A stretch of 64,000 bases of DNA, taken from positions 6,192-70,191 of the forward strand of contig WJMI01000305.1 in NCBI GenBank assembly GCA_014728015.1, written 5' to 3'. The notes beneath the pieces were generated by a model, which saw nothing but the letters and a program-made list of their open reading frames with translations, was not told the DNA's origin and did not search any database. This document shows positions 8,085 through 16,135 of the stretch, piece by piece; position 1 is the stretch's first letter, and every line of letters starts with the position of its first letter. The translations under genes and the position numbers were made by a program. The stretch comes from Chitinivibrionales bacterium. GTDB lineage: Bacteria > Fibrobacterota > Chitinivibrionia > Chitinivibrionales > WJMI01.

Positions 8085-9335
8085 TCAGTGAATGGTCCCC
8101 ACGGCTCTGGCGGCCAAATTCTCCTCCGCTCGATAGCGATATATGTGAACTGCGCTCGGCATGCGGGTGCCGGGATGTAAGGAGTAGAAACAGGCTCTAT
8201 CGGTCCCACGTGTTATCAGCCTTCCTGTCGCGTCGAACACTCCAAAGGAGCCGTTCGGCCCAAGGGGAAGCCGGTGCTGTGCTTGTGATGCTGCTACTGG
8301 AGTTTTGTACGGTTCTCCCTCTCCTGGGGGCTGCGTCAGAAGGCCATCCAGGATGTCCTTCATTTCGCTGGTCGATTTGAGCTGTTTCAAATACGCATGT
8401 TGTTTGTCGGGCGAAGCCTGCCATGCGTTGGAGCCGTCTGCGGCAATCTCGTTGCACCCGTTCGTTTCCGCAGCCCAGTAGTCGGCAAGGCCCCGCACGG
8501 CATACAATACGGCGGTCAGATCCCAGCTTTCCCGGTTTTTGCCCTCACCGCACAGGTAGATATCATACGCCCTGCGTATCGGATTGTCATACGGTGTTTC
8601 TTCTGCCAGGGTCGAACCAGTCAGGATAGCGCTGCCGATTTCGTACCCGGAAAAGGTGACCGGTCGGGGCCAATTATCAACAGCGAACTTGGTGGCCGGC
8701 CCCATATTCAATGCCCAGAAGTTCCACTCACGGCCCTCGGGATAGGCACCTCCCATGCACGACCATGCCTTGACTTTCTTTGCAACAAGGTCCCTGCCGC
8801 ACAGATCGCTGTATTCGTCGGGTGGCGACTGCAGAAGGTGGGCAATGTTTATCAGGTAACCGACCGTGACAATGGTGACGCTGGTGTCGGGTCGTGACGC
8901 AAGTATCTGACGGTATAGGTTTGTCGACAACGGCAATTCATCGCTGGTAGCCACGTCGTGGGGATAGTTGTCCGCGAGATACTCGGCATACGAGCCGCAG
9001 GCCATGACCTTCTGTGACTTGGGAAGCGAAAACGTCCGGTCCTCAAAGATGTCGCGATGAGCCACGCCAATGGGAAGGTCGGGACGGCTGTAAAACGTGT
9101 TTACCACGTCCACCGCTGGCCCGCTCAGATAGTCGGGCACGCTTAACATCACTGCAAGGATATTGCATTCGCCGTTGTCCGCGAGGGCATGAAGCACTGC
9201 AAGTGCACCGCAGTCGTCCACGTCGCCGCCAAAGTCCGTATCGAGAATGATATTCGGCACTGCGCAGGCGGCAAATGCCAAAACCACGATCAGCCTTGCT
9301 GTGTTGAGAATAGTCGCAACGAGTCCACAGTTCAT
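8085..9335 (-). CDS. Secreted inosine-uridine nucleoside hydrolase (IUNH)-fold protein with T9SS-like tail
   Basis: N-terminal Asp cluster ILDTDFGGDVDDCGALAVLHALADNGECNILAVM (the D.D...DD Ca-binding signature of the IUNH fold) follows a signal peptide, MNCGLVATILNTARLIVVLAFAACA. Start moved to the ATG at 9335, preceded by AGGAAGGGGGGATCCT. Paralog of 31014-32210. Confidence 0.7.
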   Translation of the reverse strand: MNCGLVATILNTARLIVVLAFAACAVPNIILDTDFGGDVDDCGALAVLHALADNGECNILAVMLSVPDYLSGPAVDVVNTFYSRPDLPIGVAHRDIFEDRTFSLPKSQKVMACGSYAEYLADNYPHDVATSDELPLSTNLYRQILASRPDTSVTIVTVGYLINIAHLLQSPPDEYSDLCGRDLVAKKVKAWSCMGGAYPEGREWNFWALNMGPATKFAVDNWPRPVTFSGYEIGSAILTGSTLAEETPYDNPIRRAYDIYLCGEGKNRESWDLTAVLYAVRGLADYWAAETNGCNEIAADGSNAWQASPDKQHAYLKQLKSTSEMKDILDGLLTQPPGEGEPYKTPVAASQAQHRLPLGPNGSFGVFDATGRLITRGTDRACFYSLHPGTRMPSAVHIYRYRAEENLAARAVGTIH

Positions 9336-9469
9336 AGGATCCCCCCTTCCTGTTGGTCTGCTGTTGCCGGGAAGTGTACCCCAAATCGTCTGTCCAGACA
9401 ACCTACCGAGCGGACCATGTTGTTGCACTTTTCGGACAATCTGCCGCAAGAATGGGTATATTAGTTTGC

Positions 9470-10252
9470 ATGAAGCTTGAATTCGCCCTTGTGGTGACCC
9501 ATTCCGCCGGATACAGTGTCAGCGACCACACGCATGATGCCCTCGAAATCGTATGCTTTATTACTGGCAGCGGGAGCGTGGCCCTGAAAGGAAAACGGTA
9601 CTGCTACGGACCGGGAAGGTTTGCCATCATTCCTGCCGACATTTCGCATGACCAGCAGTATGGAGAAGAGACGCAGACCGCCTGCATCGGCATTTCCGGA
9701 AGCGGCCTCGAGGAATACCGCGGCGTATGGGATGACCCGGACGCGCAGGTGCGCACGGCCGCCTTGCGATTGATCGAGGAAACCAACGGGAAAAGGGAGG
9801 CCTACCTTCTTGTTTGCCACGGCCTCGCGTATGTCGTGGCCGGCCTGGCCCAGAGGGCCGTCAAAAAGCAGAACCCTTCGGTCGGCCGGCAGCGGCTCGT
9901 TGACGAAGCCATCGACATGATCGTTGCATGCGAAGGAGATACGTCTGTTGGAGAACTGGCCGACAGCCTCTTTGTCAGCAAAGGCTATCTTCGCCATCTG
10001 TTCGGCGATCACGCCCCGTATTCTCCGGTGAAGATGATCCTCCATGCGCGCATTGCCAAGGCAAAAAGCCTTTTGCAGGGCACGGCGCGGGCTCTGTCCG
10101 ATATCGCGTATGCGTGTGGCTTCGAGACCCCCCAGTATTTCTCGCGCGTATTCCGCAAGGCTGTCGGGCGTTCGCCGAGCCAGTATCGCAAGGAGGGCGG
10201 AGAAAGACTCAACAGGCCCGACACCCTTCACTGGCAGGGCCCCCCGACCTAG
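9470..10252 (+). CDS. AraC-family transcriptional regulator (cupin sensor plus AraC HTH)
   Basis: C-terminus: GYLRHLFGDHAPYSPVKMILHARIAKAKSLLQGTARALSDIAYACGFETPQYFSRVFRKAVGRSPSQYR. N-terminal cupin-like: HTHDALEIVCFITGSG...GRFAIIPADISH. Start taken at the ATG at 9470 (MKLEFALV), only 7 nt after a TATATT box. Confidence 0.85.
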   Translation: MKLEFALVVTHSAGYSVSDHTHDALEIVCFITGSGSVALKGKRYCYGPGRFAIIPADISHDQQYGEETQTACIGISGSGLEEYRGVWDDPDAQVRTAALRLIEETNGKREAYLLVCHGLAYVVAGLAQRAVKKQNPSVGRQRLVDEAIDMIVACEGDTSVGELADSLFVSKGYLRHLFGDHAPYSPVKMILHARIAKAKSLLQGTARALSDIAYACGFETPQYFSRVFRKAVGRSPSQYRKEGGERLNRPDTLHWQGPPT

Positions 10253-10417
10253 GATTGGGCGACCATTGGGATGGAGTCAGGCTCGCGCGGCGGCGCTCTT
10301 GCTGCTGGCTCAATCCTCAGCCCGGCGGCCGACATCCGCATTCGTATGAGGCTTGTATTCCGCCGCTCGATGAATTCCGCAACCTTTGTCTGCGCCCCGC
10401 ACTTCGCTGCTTCATTG

Positions 10418-10449
10418 GAATCAGCCCTTCTTGTCAGTCAGGCTGATTC
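10418..10449. repeat. Third, shorter copy of the GAATCAGCC...GGCTGATTC hairpin
   Basis: GAATCAGCC / GGCTGATTC form a 9-bp stem with a 14-nt loop. Same stem sequence family as the terminator hairpins at 10532-10567 and 12727-12762. Confidence 0.45.
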
Positions 10450-10524
10450 GTCATCGTAATGTGAGAAAGACCAAGACTGACTGTATGCAAAATGTTTTCG
10501 AACCAGTTTCGCTATCTCCGGGCC

Positions 10525-10597
10525 AAAAAAACCGAATCAGCCCTCGTTGCTACTCAGGCTGATCCGGCGTGCGAGAAAAGGGGGAACCTTCTCGTTT
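10525..10597 (-). terminator. Rho-independent terminator plus upstream hairpin (73-nt conserved element, copy 1) behind 10643-12193
   Basis: Minus-strand reading: CGAGAA-loop-TTCTCG, then CCGGATCAGCC-loop-GGCTGATTCGG followed by U7. 71 of 73 nt are identical to 12720-12792. Confidence 0.75.
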
Positions 10598-10642
10598 CGG
10601 CAACGGGATGCGTCCTGCAAAGCCGCTGCCGGTATCGGTGGC

Positions 10643-12193
10643 CTACTTCTTCAGGACCTTTCCGTTGAGCAGGCGCTGAACGGTGCCGTCGGTGTAGCGG
10701 ATGATGACCACGCCCGCAGGCATTGCTTTCAGTGAGCCTGTCGTGATGGCGCTCTTGGCAAGCGCCGCGCCCTTGACCGAGTAGACCGCTTCGATCTGGT
10801 TTGCCCGCGGGCGGATGCTGTAGCGTACCGGGCGCCGCGCGTTATCCACCGCGCCGCCGCTTTCCACCACGCTGAATGTGCGCGATGCTTCGCCGCCGTT
10901 GCCGTTGAGAAAGATCGTTATGAGCATGGGGCCGGTGATATTGTCCGGCACGGTGAAATCGACTTCGGCGCCCGAGCCGATACCGACCACGCCTTCGCCG
11001 TCGGAGTCGGCATCATAGCTCCACATCAGGTTGTCGCCGGTCCCGGCAAGCGTCACTGTAGTGCCCATCTCCAGCGTGCTGCCTTCGCCGGGCGACACGA
11101 ACACGGTGGGCGTGAGGTCGCCGCCGCCTTCACACTGCGCATCGGTGGGCGAGACCGCGAGATCGGGGTCGTCTTCGCGATTGGCGAACAGAGGAAGCCC
11201 TTTTTTGTAAAGCACAAGCTTGTCTATTGCGAAATCAAACGAGCGGGGCTGGATTTTTATCGTATGCACGCCTGCGCTCAGGTCGAACTCGCCCGTGCAC
11301 CAGCAGCCTTCCATGGTGCTCTCCCAGTTCCATGCATTTGTCAAATGGGAGAAGGTTTTTTCGAAATGATGCCCGGCGACCGATACCCAGTGGTCGTTAT
11401 GCTGGGTATGGTCGTCCCAGTCGTGATAGTTGCGGTATCTGAACACAAAGGTGCCGGGGTTGCAGACATATACATTGTATACGAGTTCGTTTGAGCCGGG
11501 AGGCGAGCCGAAAAAGTCGGCGCCAAGCCACCGCAGGTACCCGTCGCCGGAATATCCCGCCCAGTTCGTTTCCAACGCCCAGTCGCCGGAGTACTCGGCG
11601 CTTTCGCATTCCACCACGATCATGCCGTCTTTCTCGTAGTAGAGGTCGCCAGCCGCCGGCGGCGGTGGTGGCGGGGGCGGCGGCGTGACACTACCGCCGG
11701 TGGACACGAACTTGATATAGCTGAACCGGCTGTATTGACCGTGACTGGCGCCGCAGGGATAGACCGAGCGCGCCCAGTAGGTAATCTTGTCGCCGTTGTT
11801 TATCGTGTGATTGCCGAGGTCGAGCTCTTCGAGCCGGTATGTGCTTCCGCTGCAGTTGAGGTTGCCGTCGGCGTACGGGAAATTCCCCGTGGCCACGATA
11901 GCGCCGGCGATTGACAGTTCGTACGGCGAGTTGCCATCGGATTCCAGCACGGCGCCGAGAAGGACATTATAGGTGCCGTCATCGCCGGGAAACGCATCCC
12001 ACCACACATCGCCGTCAAGCGACGACCCGGTACCGTCGATACCAAGGCAGCTGATACCGTTGATCGAGCGGTCCTTCCACACACCGTCCTTGCCGCTGCA
12101 TTCCAGGGCATTGAGCTGGACTTCGGCGGCGAATGCGGACACTGCCATGGCGAGAACGGTCATGGCCGTTGTGACTCTGAGAGTCGTACGCAT
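10643..12193 (-). CDS. Secreted two-module carbohydrate-binding-like protein with poly-Pro linker and T9SS-like tail (paralog A)
   Basis: 516 aa with signal peptide. Module 1: GIDGTGSSLDGDVWWDAFPGDDGTYNV...SVYPCGASHGQYSRFSYIKF. PPPPPPPPP linker. Module 2: ECESAEYSGDWALETNWAGYSGDGYLRWLG...HTIKIQPRSFDFAIDKLVLYK. No catalytic motif recognised. SD: ACAGGAGGGGGGCTCTC. Confidence 0.55.
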   Translation of the reverse strand: MRTTLRVTTAMTVLAMAVSAFAAEVQLNALECSGKDGVWKDRSINGISCLGIDGTGSSLDGDVWWDAFPGDDGTYNVLLGAVLESDGNSPYELSIAGAIVATGNFPYADGNLNCSGSTYRLEELDLGNHTINNGDKITYWARSVYPCGASHGQYSRFSYIKFVSTGGSVTPPPPPPPPPAAGDLYYEKDGMIVVECESAEYSGDWALETNWAGYSGDGYLRWLGADFFGSPPGSNELVYNVYVCNPGTFVFRYRNYHDWDDHTQHNDHWVSVAGHHFEKTFSHLTNAWNWESTMEGCWCTGEFDLSAGVHTIKIQPRSFDFAIDKLVLYKKGLPLFANREDDPDLAVSPTDAQCEGGGDLTPTVFVSPGEGSTLEMGTTVTLAGTGDNLMWSYDADSDGEGVVGIGSGAEVDFTVPDNITGPMLITIFLNGNGGEASRTFSVVESGGAVDNARRPVRYSIRPRANQIEAVYSVKGAALAKSAITTGSLKAMPAGVVIIRYTDGTVQRLLNGKVLKK

Positions 12194-12259
12194 GAGAGCC
12201 CCCCTCCTGTGTTCATTGCTTGGAAATTGATGGAATTGGCTTTCCGGACTGCTAAGCAG

Positions 12260-12270
12260 AATATAGAGGG
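12260..12270 (-). promoter_or_regulatory. CCCTCTATATT variant of the promoter-like motif upstream of 10643-12193
   Basis: One-base-insertion variant on the minus strand, 66 nt upstream of the ATG at 12193. Confidence 0.3.
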
Positions 12271-12359
12271 CCAGGGGGGAGGGGATTGTAGGTTTGGCCG
12301 CCTATAGATGTTTTCGATAGGACAGATAGGATAGGCATGCACGCAGGCGTTGGGAAAAT

Positions 12360-12413
12360 GGGACGGAGTTATATTTTTATATTAATCCTAACTTAAAATC
12401 ATAACTCCGTCCC
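12360..12413. repeat. Perfect 13-bp inverted repeat with AT-rich 28-nt loop (intergenic IR element A)
   Basis: GGGACGGAGTTAT (12360-12372) and ATAACTCCGTCCC (12401-12413). The loop ATTTTTATATTAATCCTAACTTAAAATC shares TAATCCTA with element B at 24171. Confidence 0.5.
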
Positions 12414-12719
12414 CAGCTACGCACCTCCCGGCGAGCGCCGCCGATGCTCGGTCCGCTAGACCAGAGGAACGGCGTATGTGAAGTATTTGCCCGAGTTGCC
12501 CGGGAGAACCATACTGAGTCCGGCCCCATCAACTCAGAATGCACACAGCCCCCTTGGGGGCATTACAGGAAGGACAAGCTGGACGCGGGGGGAATATTCA
12601 TTTGTATTTTCGGTGGGCGTTTTGGCGGGCGCGGAAACGGCCCCTGCCATACGCTGCCCTTCGTAGAAATCATGCCGGAGCCGGCAGCCAGGCGCCAAAC
12701 CTGCCAAAAGCATATAAAG

Positions 12720-12792
12720 AAAAAAACCGGATCAGCCCTCGTTGTTACTCAGGCTGATCCGGCGTGCGAGAAAAGGGGGAACCTTCTCGTTT
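12720..12792 (-). terminator. Rho-independent terminator plus upstream hairpin (73-nt conserved element, copy 2) behind 12837-14132
   Basis: Minus-strand reading: CCGGATCAGCC-TGAGTAACAACGAGG-GGCTGATCCGG followed by U7-8. Preceded by the CGAGAA...TTCTCG hairpin. Confidence 0.8.
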
Positions 12793-12836
12793 TTGCCGTC
12801 GGGCTGACGTGTCACGCTGCCGCCGGCAAATTCATG

Positions 12837-14132
12837 TTACCGCTTCACGACCTTCCCGTTGACCATCCGGGAAACGCTGCCGTCGGTGTAGCGGACCACC
12901 ACGACTCCGGCCGGCAGGGCCTTCACCGCGGCGCCTGCGATCATGTTTTTATCGAGTCGTCTGCCGTCTATGGTGTAGGCGGCTTCGACCGCGGCCCTGG
13001 CGCGCGGCTTGTACCGCACCGCGGCGGACTTGTGCGCAATCACGGACCCGTCGCACGTGTTGGCGGTCGGCGTGACCGCGTGATCAGGATCGCTCTCGTT
13101 GGTGTCGAAGCCCTGCTCAGACCAGGCCTTGTACACGATGAACTTGTCGATACAGAAATCGCTGGAGCGCGGCTGGATCTTCACGGTGTGCTCGCCTTCG
13201 TCGAGATTGAAATCGCCCGAGCACCAGCACGGGTCGAAGATCGTGTACCACGACCACTGGTTCTTGATATGTGACATGGTCTTGCGGAACGAATAATCGT
13301 CGATAGACACGAAGTAGTCGTTGTTCTCCTCGTGGTTGTCGTGGATCAGGTGGTTGCGGTACTTGAACCAGTACTGCCCGGCCTCACAGATGTAAATCTT
13401 GTAGGTGAGCTGCTTGTCGGCGCCCGGAGGCGAGCCGAATGACTGCGGGCCCCGCCAGACATAGTACCCGTCGCCGGAATAGCCCGCGTATTCTGTTTCC
13501 AGGTGCCAGTCGCTGTGCGGGATCGGGCAGCTTTCGATTTCAACCACGATTTTTTCACCGATCGCATCAGGATAGTAGACCTCATCACCGGTCACTACCT
13601 GTTCATCGCCCGGGTTCGGGGTAACTTCATCGGTGGTAGGCTCGAACCTGATGCCGGTGAACCGCGCATACTGACCATGATCGCTTCCGCACGGATACAC
13701 CGACTGCGCCCACATGCGTATCTCATCGCCCTGGCTGATTTCTTTCACGCCGCAATCGAGATCTGATTCCTCGTAGGCGGTCGCGCCGCAGTCTTTGTCG
13801 CCGCCGCCGTAAAAGGGATAACTGCTCGAAGCCACCAGGGTGCCGCCGACAAAGATTTTGTATGGCGAGTTGCCGTCCGTCTCAAGGATGGCCTGCAGAT
13901 AGATGCGGTAGCGGCCGGTTTCGCCGGGAAACGAATTCCACCAGATGTCGCCATCAATGGAGCTTCCCGTGCCGTTCAGGCCCATACATGTGTATGGAGT
14001 ACCGCCCGACCGGTCTGTCCACTCACTGTCTTTGCCGTCGAAATCCATCGCACCCAGAGTAACCTGGGCTGAGGCCGCCGTGCCGAGACACAGGATAAGC
14101 GCGGCCGCGGTCAGTTTGATTGTGTTACTCAT
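12837..14132 (-). CDS. Secreted two-module carbohydrate-binding-like protein with T9SS-like tail (paralog B)
   Basis: Start moved to the ATG at 14132 (MSNTIKLTAAALILCLGTAASAQV), preceded by GGAAAAGGGGGGTCTC. Collinear with 10643-12193; by eye roughly half of the residues are identical. Confidence 0.55.
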   Translation of the reverse strand: MSNTIKLTAAALILCLGTAASAQVTLGAMDFDGKDSEWTDRSGGTPYTCMGLNGTGSSIDGDIWWNSFPGETGRYRIYLQAILETDGNSPYKIFVGGTLVASSSYPFYGGGDKDCGATAYEESDLDCGVKEISQGDEIRMWAQSVYPCGSDHGQYARFTGIRFEPTTDEVTPNPGDEQVVTGDEVYYPDAIGEKIVVEIESCPIPHSDWHLETEYAGYSGDGYYVWRGPQSFGSPPGADKQLTYKIYICEAGQYWFKYRNHLIHDNHEENNDYFVSIDDYSFRKTMSHIKNQWSWYTIFDPCWCSGDFNLDEGEHTVKIQPRSSDFCIDKFIVYKAWSEQGFDTNESDPDHAVTPTANTCDGSVIAHKSAAVRYKPRARAAVEAAYTIDGRRLDKNMIAGAAVKALPAGVVVVRYTDGSVSRMVNGKVVKR

Positions 14133-14193
14133 GAGACCCCCCTTTTCCTTTGAGCTTGCAAGGGTTGCACCCTCTCGCCAAAACATGGATGAA

Positions 14194-14203
14194 AATATAG
14201 GGG
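14194..14203 (-). promoter_or_regulatory. CCCCTATATT promoter-like motif upstream of 12837-14132
   Basis: Exact 10-mer on the minus strand, 61 nt upstream of the ATG at 14132. Confidence 0.4.
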
Positions 14204-14594
14204 TGATTTTGGCTCGAATAGATAGACTTTGCCTGGCCCTAAGCGTTCCTGTTAGGCCAGAATGGACAGGGAGTAACCATGCATGGTTTTCTGGCAGGCG
14301 CATCAAAGGTCCCGAAAACGCCATCCAAGTGGACATCAGACCGTTCTTCATATATACTATGGTAGGAACTGCTTCATACCGGACAGAGAGGACAGGGCTA
14401 TAAGAAGGAAAGGATCATCGGGGCGAACCCAGCCTGACCTGGCGCTTTGGCAGCCAGCCGGTCCGCATGTTGGTGGGTTTCGGCGAGGCAAGCTGTTCTC
14501 CCAAGTGCACCGTAGCTGACAGGTGAAGGCGGCTGATTTCCGGACTCTGATCTCTGACCTGTGACTTCTGATCTCTGCCAATAGGGAGATTTTC

Positions 14595-16073
14595 TTGAGC
14601 AGGCATGATTTCCGCACGTGGTTGACGGACTACCTGGACAAACTGGAACCGGGCAGATGGCTGCCCCCGGATGCAGAGCTTGGCAGGAAATGGGACCTCT
14701 CAGCCAGGACGGTGCGCCGCGTGATGGCACAGATGGCCAGAGAGGGCCTGGTCGAGCGGGTCCAGGGCAAAGGCACGAGAAAGCCCGGGGCCGGAGAGAA
14801 TCGAGAGCTTGAAACATTCGAAGAATCCCGGTCGTCATCCCAGCGACTGGCCGAGGCGCTGACCGAGTCGATTTCCAGCGGCCAGATTCGCCGGGGGGAT
14901 GCGCTCCCGCAGCTCAAATATATCTGCCTTCGGTACCACGTGTCCGATAAGACGGTCATTGCCGCATACGAACTTCTGCAGAAAAAAGGGCTGGTGAAAA
15001 AGATCGGGCGCTACTATCGCGTGGGCGGGTTCGAGCCGCTGGAGCGCCGCCCGATTACTCGCGCGGCGTATCTTGTGACCGGCAGCCAGGACGAGTTGTC
15101 ACTCGTTTTCGCCGGCGACCAGCTCGCCCAGGCATATATCAAGCTTGATCGCGAGCTTCGTTCCTGCGGCATACTTCTTACCTGCATGGACACGGCGGAA
15201 TTCCTCGAAGCCCAGCGCCAGTGGGCGGGCGCCGATTCGTATCCGGCGGGCGTATACCTGTGGCGGGTTGACGGCCGCGATTTTGACGAGCGCGTGAAAC
15301 TGGTCTCACCGCTCTTGAGACGGACGCGTCGCCAGCGGATTCCGGTTGTCGTGGATCTGGGTTCGCACGACGGGGTCGGCGAGGTTCCCAAGGGGCTGAT
15401 GATTGTCTCGCGCGGGAACCTCAGCACGACCCTTTCGCGGACCATCGCGGAATTTCTCACGTCGCGCATACGGCGCCGGATCGTGCTTGTCCTCGATGCG
15501 AAAAGCATTATTGCGGATGCGCGCCAGGGATTGCTCAAGTACCAGAAAACCGTGTATGAGGTCCTGCAGCACGCGGCCGAAAAAGTTGCCATACACCAGG
15601 CAGTGCTCAGCGGCGATAGTGCGCTCTCTGTCGAGTCAATTGTCGAGCGTGCCTCCGAGAAAGAGGCCGGCTACATCAAGTACCTGCACGAGAAATACGA
15701 AAGCGTGGTCCGGGCGCAGAGCCGCGACGTGTTCACCGGCCTTTCGGTATACAATGATTTCGCGGATGTGATTCGCGCATTCGGGAAGAATACCTTGTGG
15801 TTGTGTCCTTCAGACGTGCAGGCCAGAAGCGCGCTGGATGCATTGAAGCGCGCGGGGATCAGGGTGCCGGATGACATCGCCTTGATGACCCTTCAGAGCG
15901 TTCCCGAGTATTACCACCTGGGCGTATCATCGTGCACGCCCGACTACGAGCTGGTTGGGTATATCATGGCCCACGCGATAATCGGCGATATTCCCCTGAA
16001 AAAGTCCCACCACGGGTATCTGCGGATACCGTGTCCGGTTGTGGAACGGGCGACCACGCCGCGGGTGCGGTAG
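14595..16073 (+). CDS. Transcriptional regulator, paralog 2: tandem GntR-type wHTH x2 plus LacI/PBP1-like sensor
   Basis: wHTH1: LPPDAELGRKWDLSARTVRRVMAQMAREGLVERVQGKG. wHTH2: LPQLKYICLRYHVSDKTVIAAYELLQKKGLVKKIGRYYRVGG. C-terminus: CPSDVQARSALDALKRAGIRVPDDIALMTLQS. TTG start preceded by AGGGAGA. Confidence 0.75.
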   Translation: MSRHDFRTWLTDYLDKLEPGRWLPPDAELGRKWDLSARTVRRVMAQMAREGLVERVQGKGTRKPGAGENRELETFEESRSSSQRLAEALTESISSGQIRRGDALPQLKYICLRYHVSDKTVIAAYELLQKKGLVKKIGRYYRVGGFEPLERRPITRAAYLVTGSQDELSLVFAGDQLAQAYIKLDRELRSCGILLTCMDTAEFLEAQRQWAGADSYPAGVYLWRVDGRDFDERVKLVSPLLRRTRRQRIPVVVDLGSHDGVGEVPKGLMIVSRGNLSTTLSRTIAEFLTSRIRRRIVLVLDAKSIIADARQGLLKYQKTVYEVLQHAAEKVAIHQAVLSGDSALSVESIVERASEKEAGYIKYLHEKYESVVRAQSRDVFTGLSVYNDFADVIRAFGKNTLWLCPSDVQARSALDALKRAGIRVPDDIALMTLQSVPEYYHLGVSSCTPDYELVGYIMAHAIIGDIPLKKSHHGYLRIPCPVVERATTPRVR

Positions 16074-16135
16074 GGGCTCTGATCGCAGTCCGCCTGCCGG
16101 CAACTGTATTTCAATCCTGAGAGTATTTTAGAGAT

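Noticed and set aside
12444-13274. 276-aa plus-strand ORF starting in the 640-bp spacer and running antisense into 12837-14132
   Set aside because: It crosses a well-formed terminator and is antisense to a supported gene. It has no SD or motif. The spacer itself is better explained by terminator, IR element and promoter motifs.
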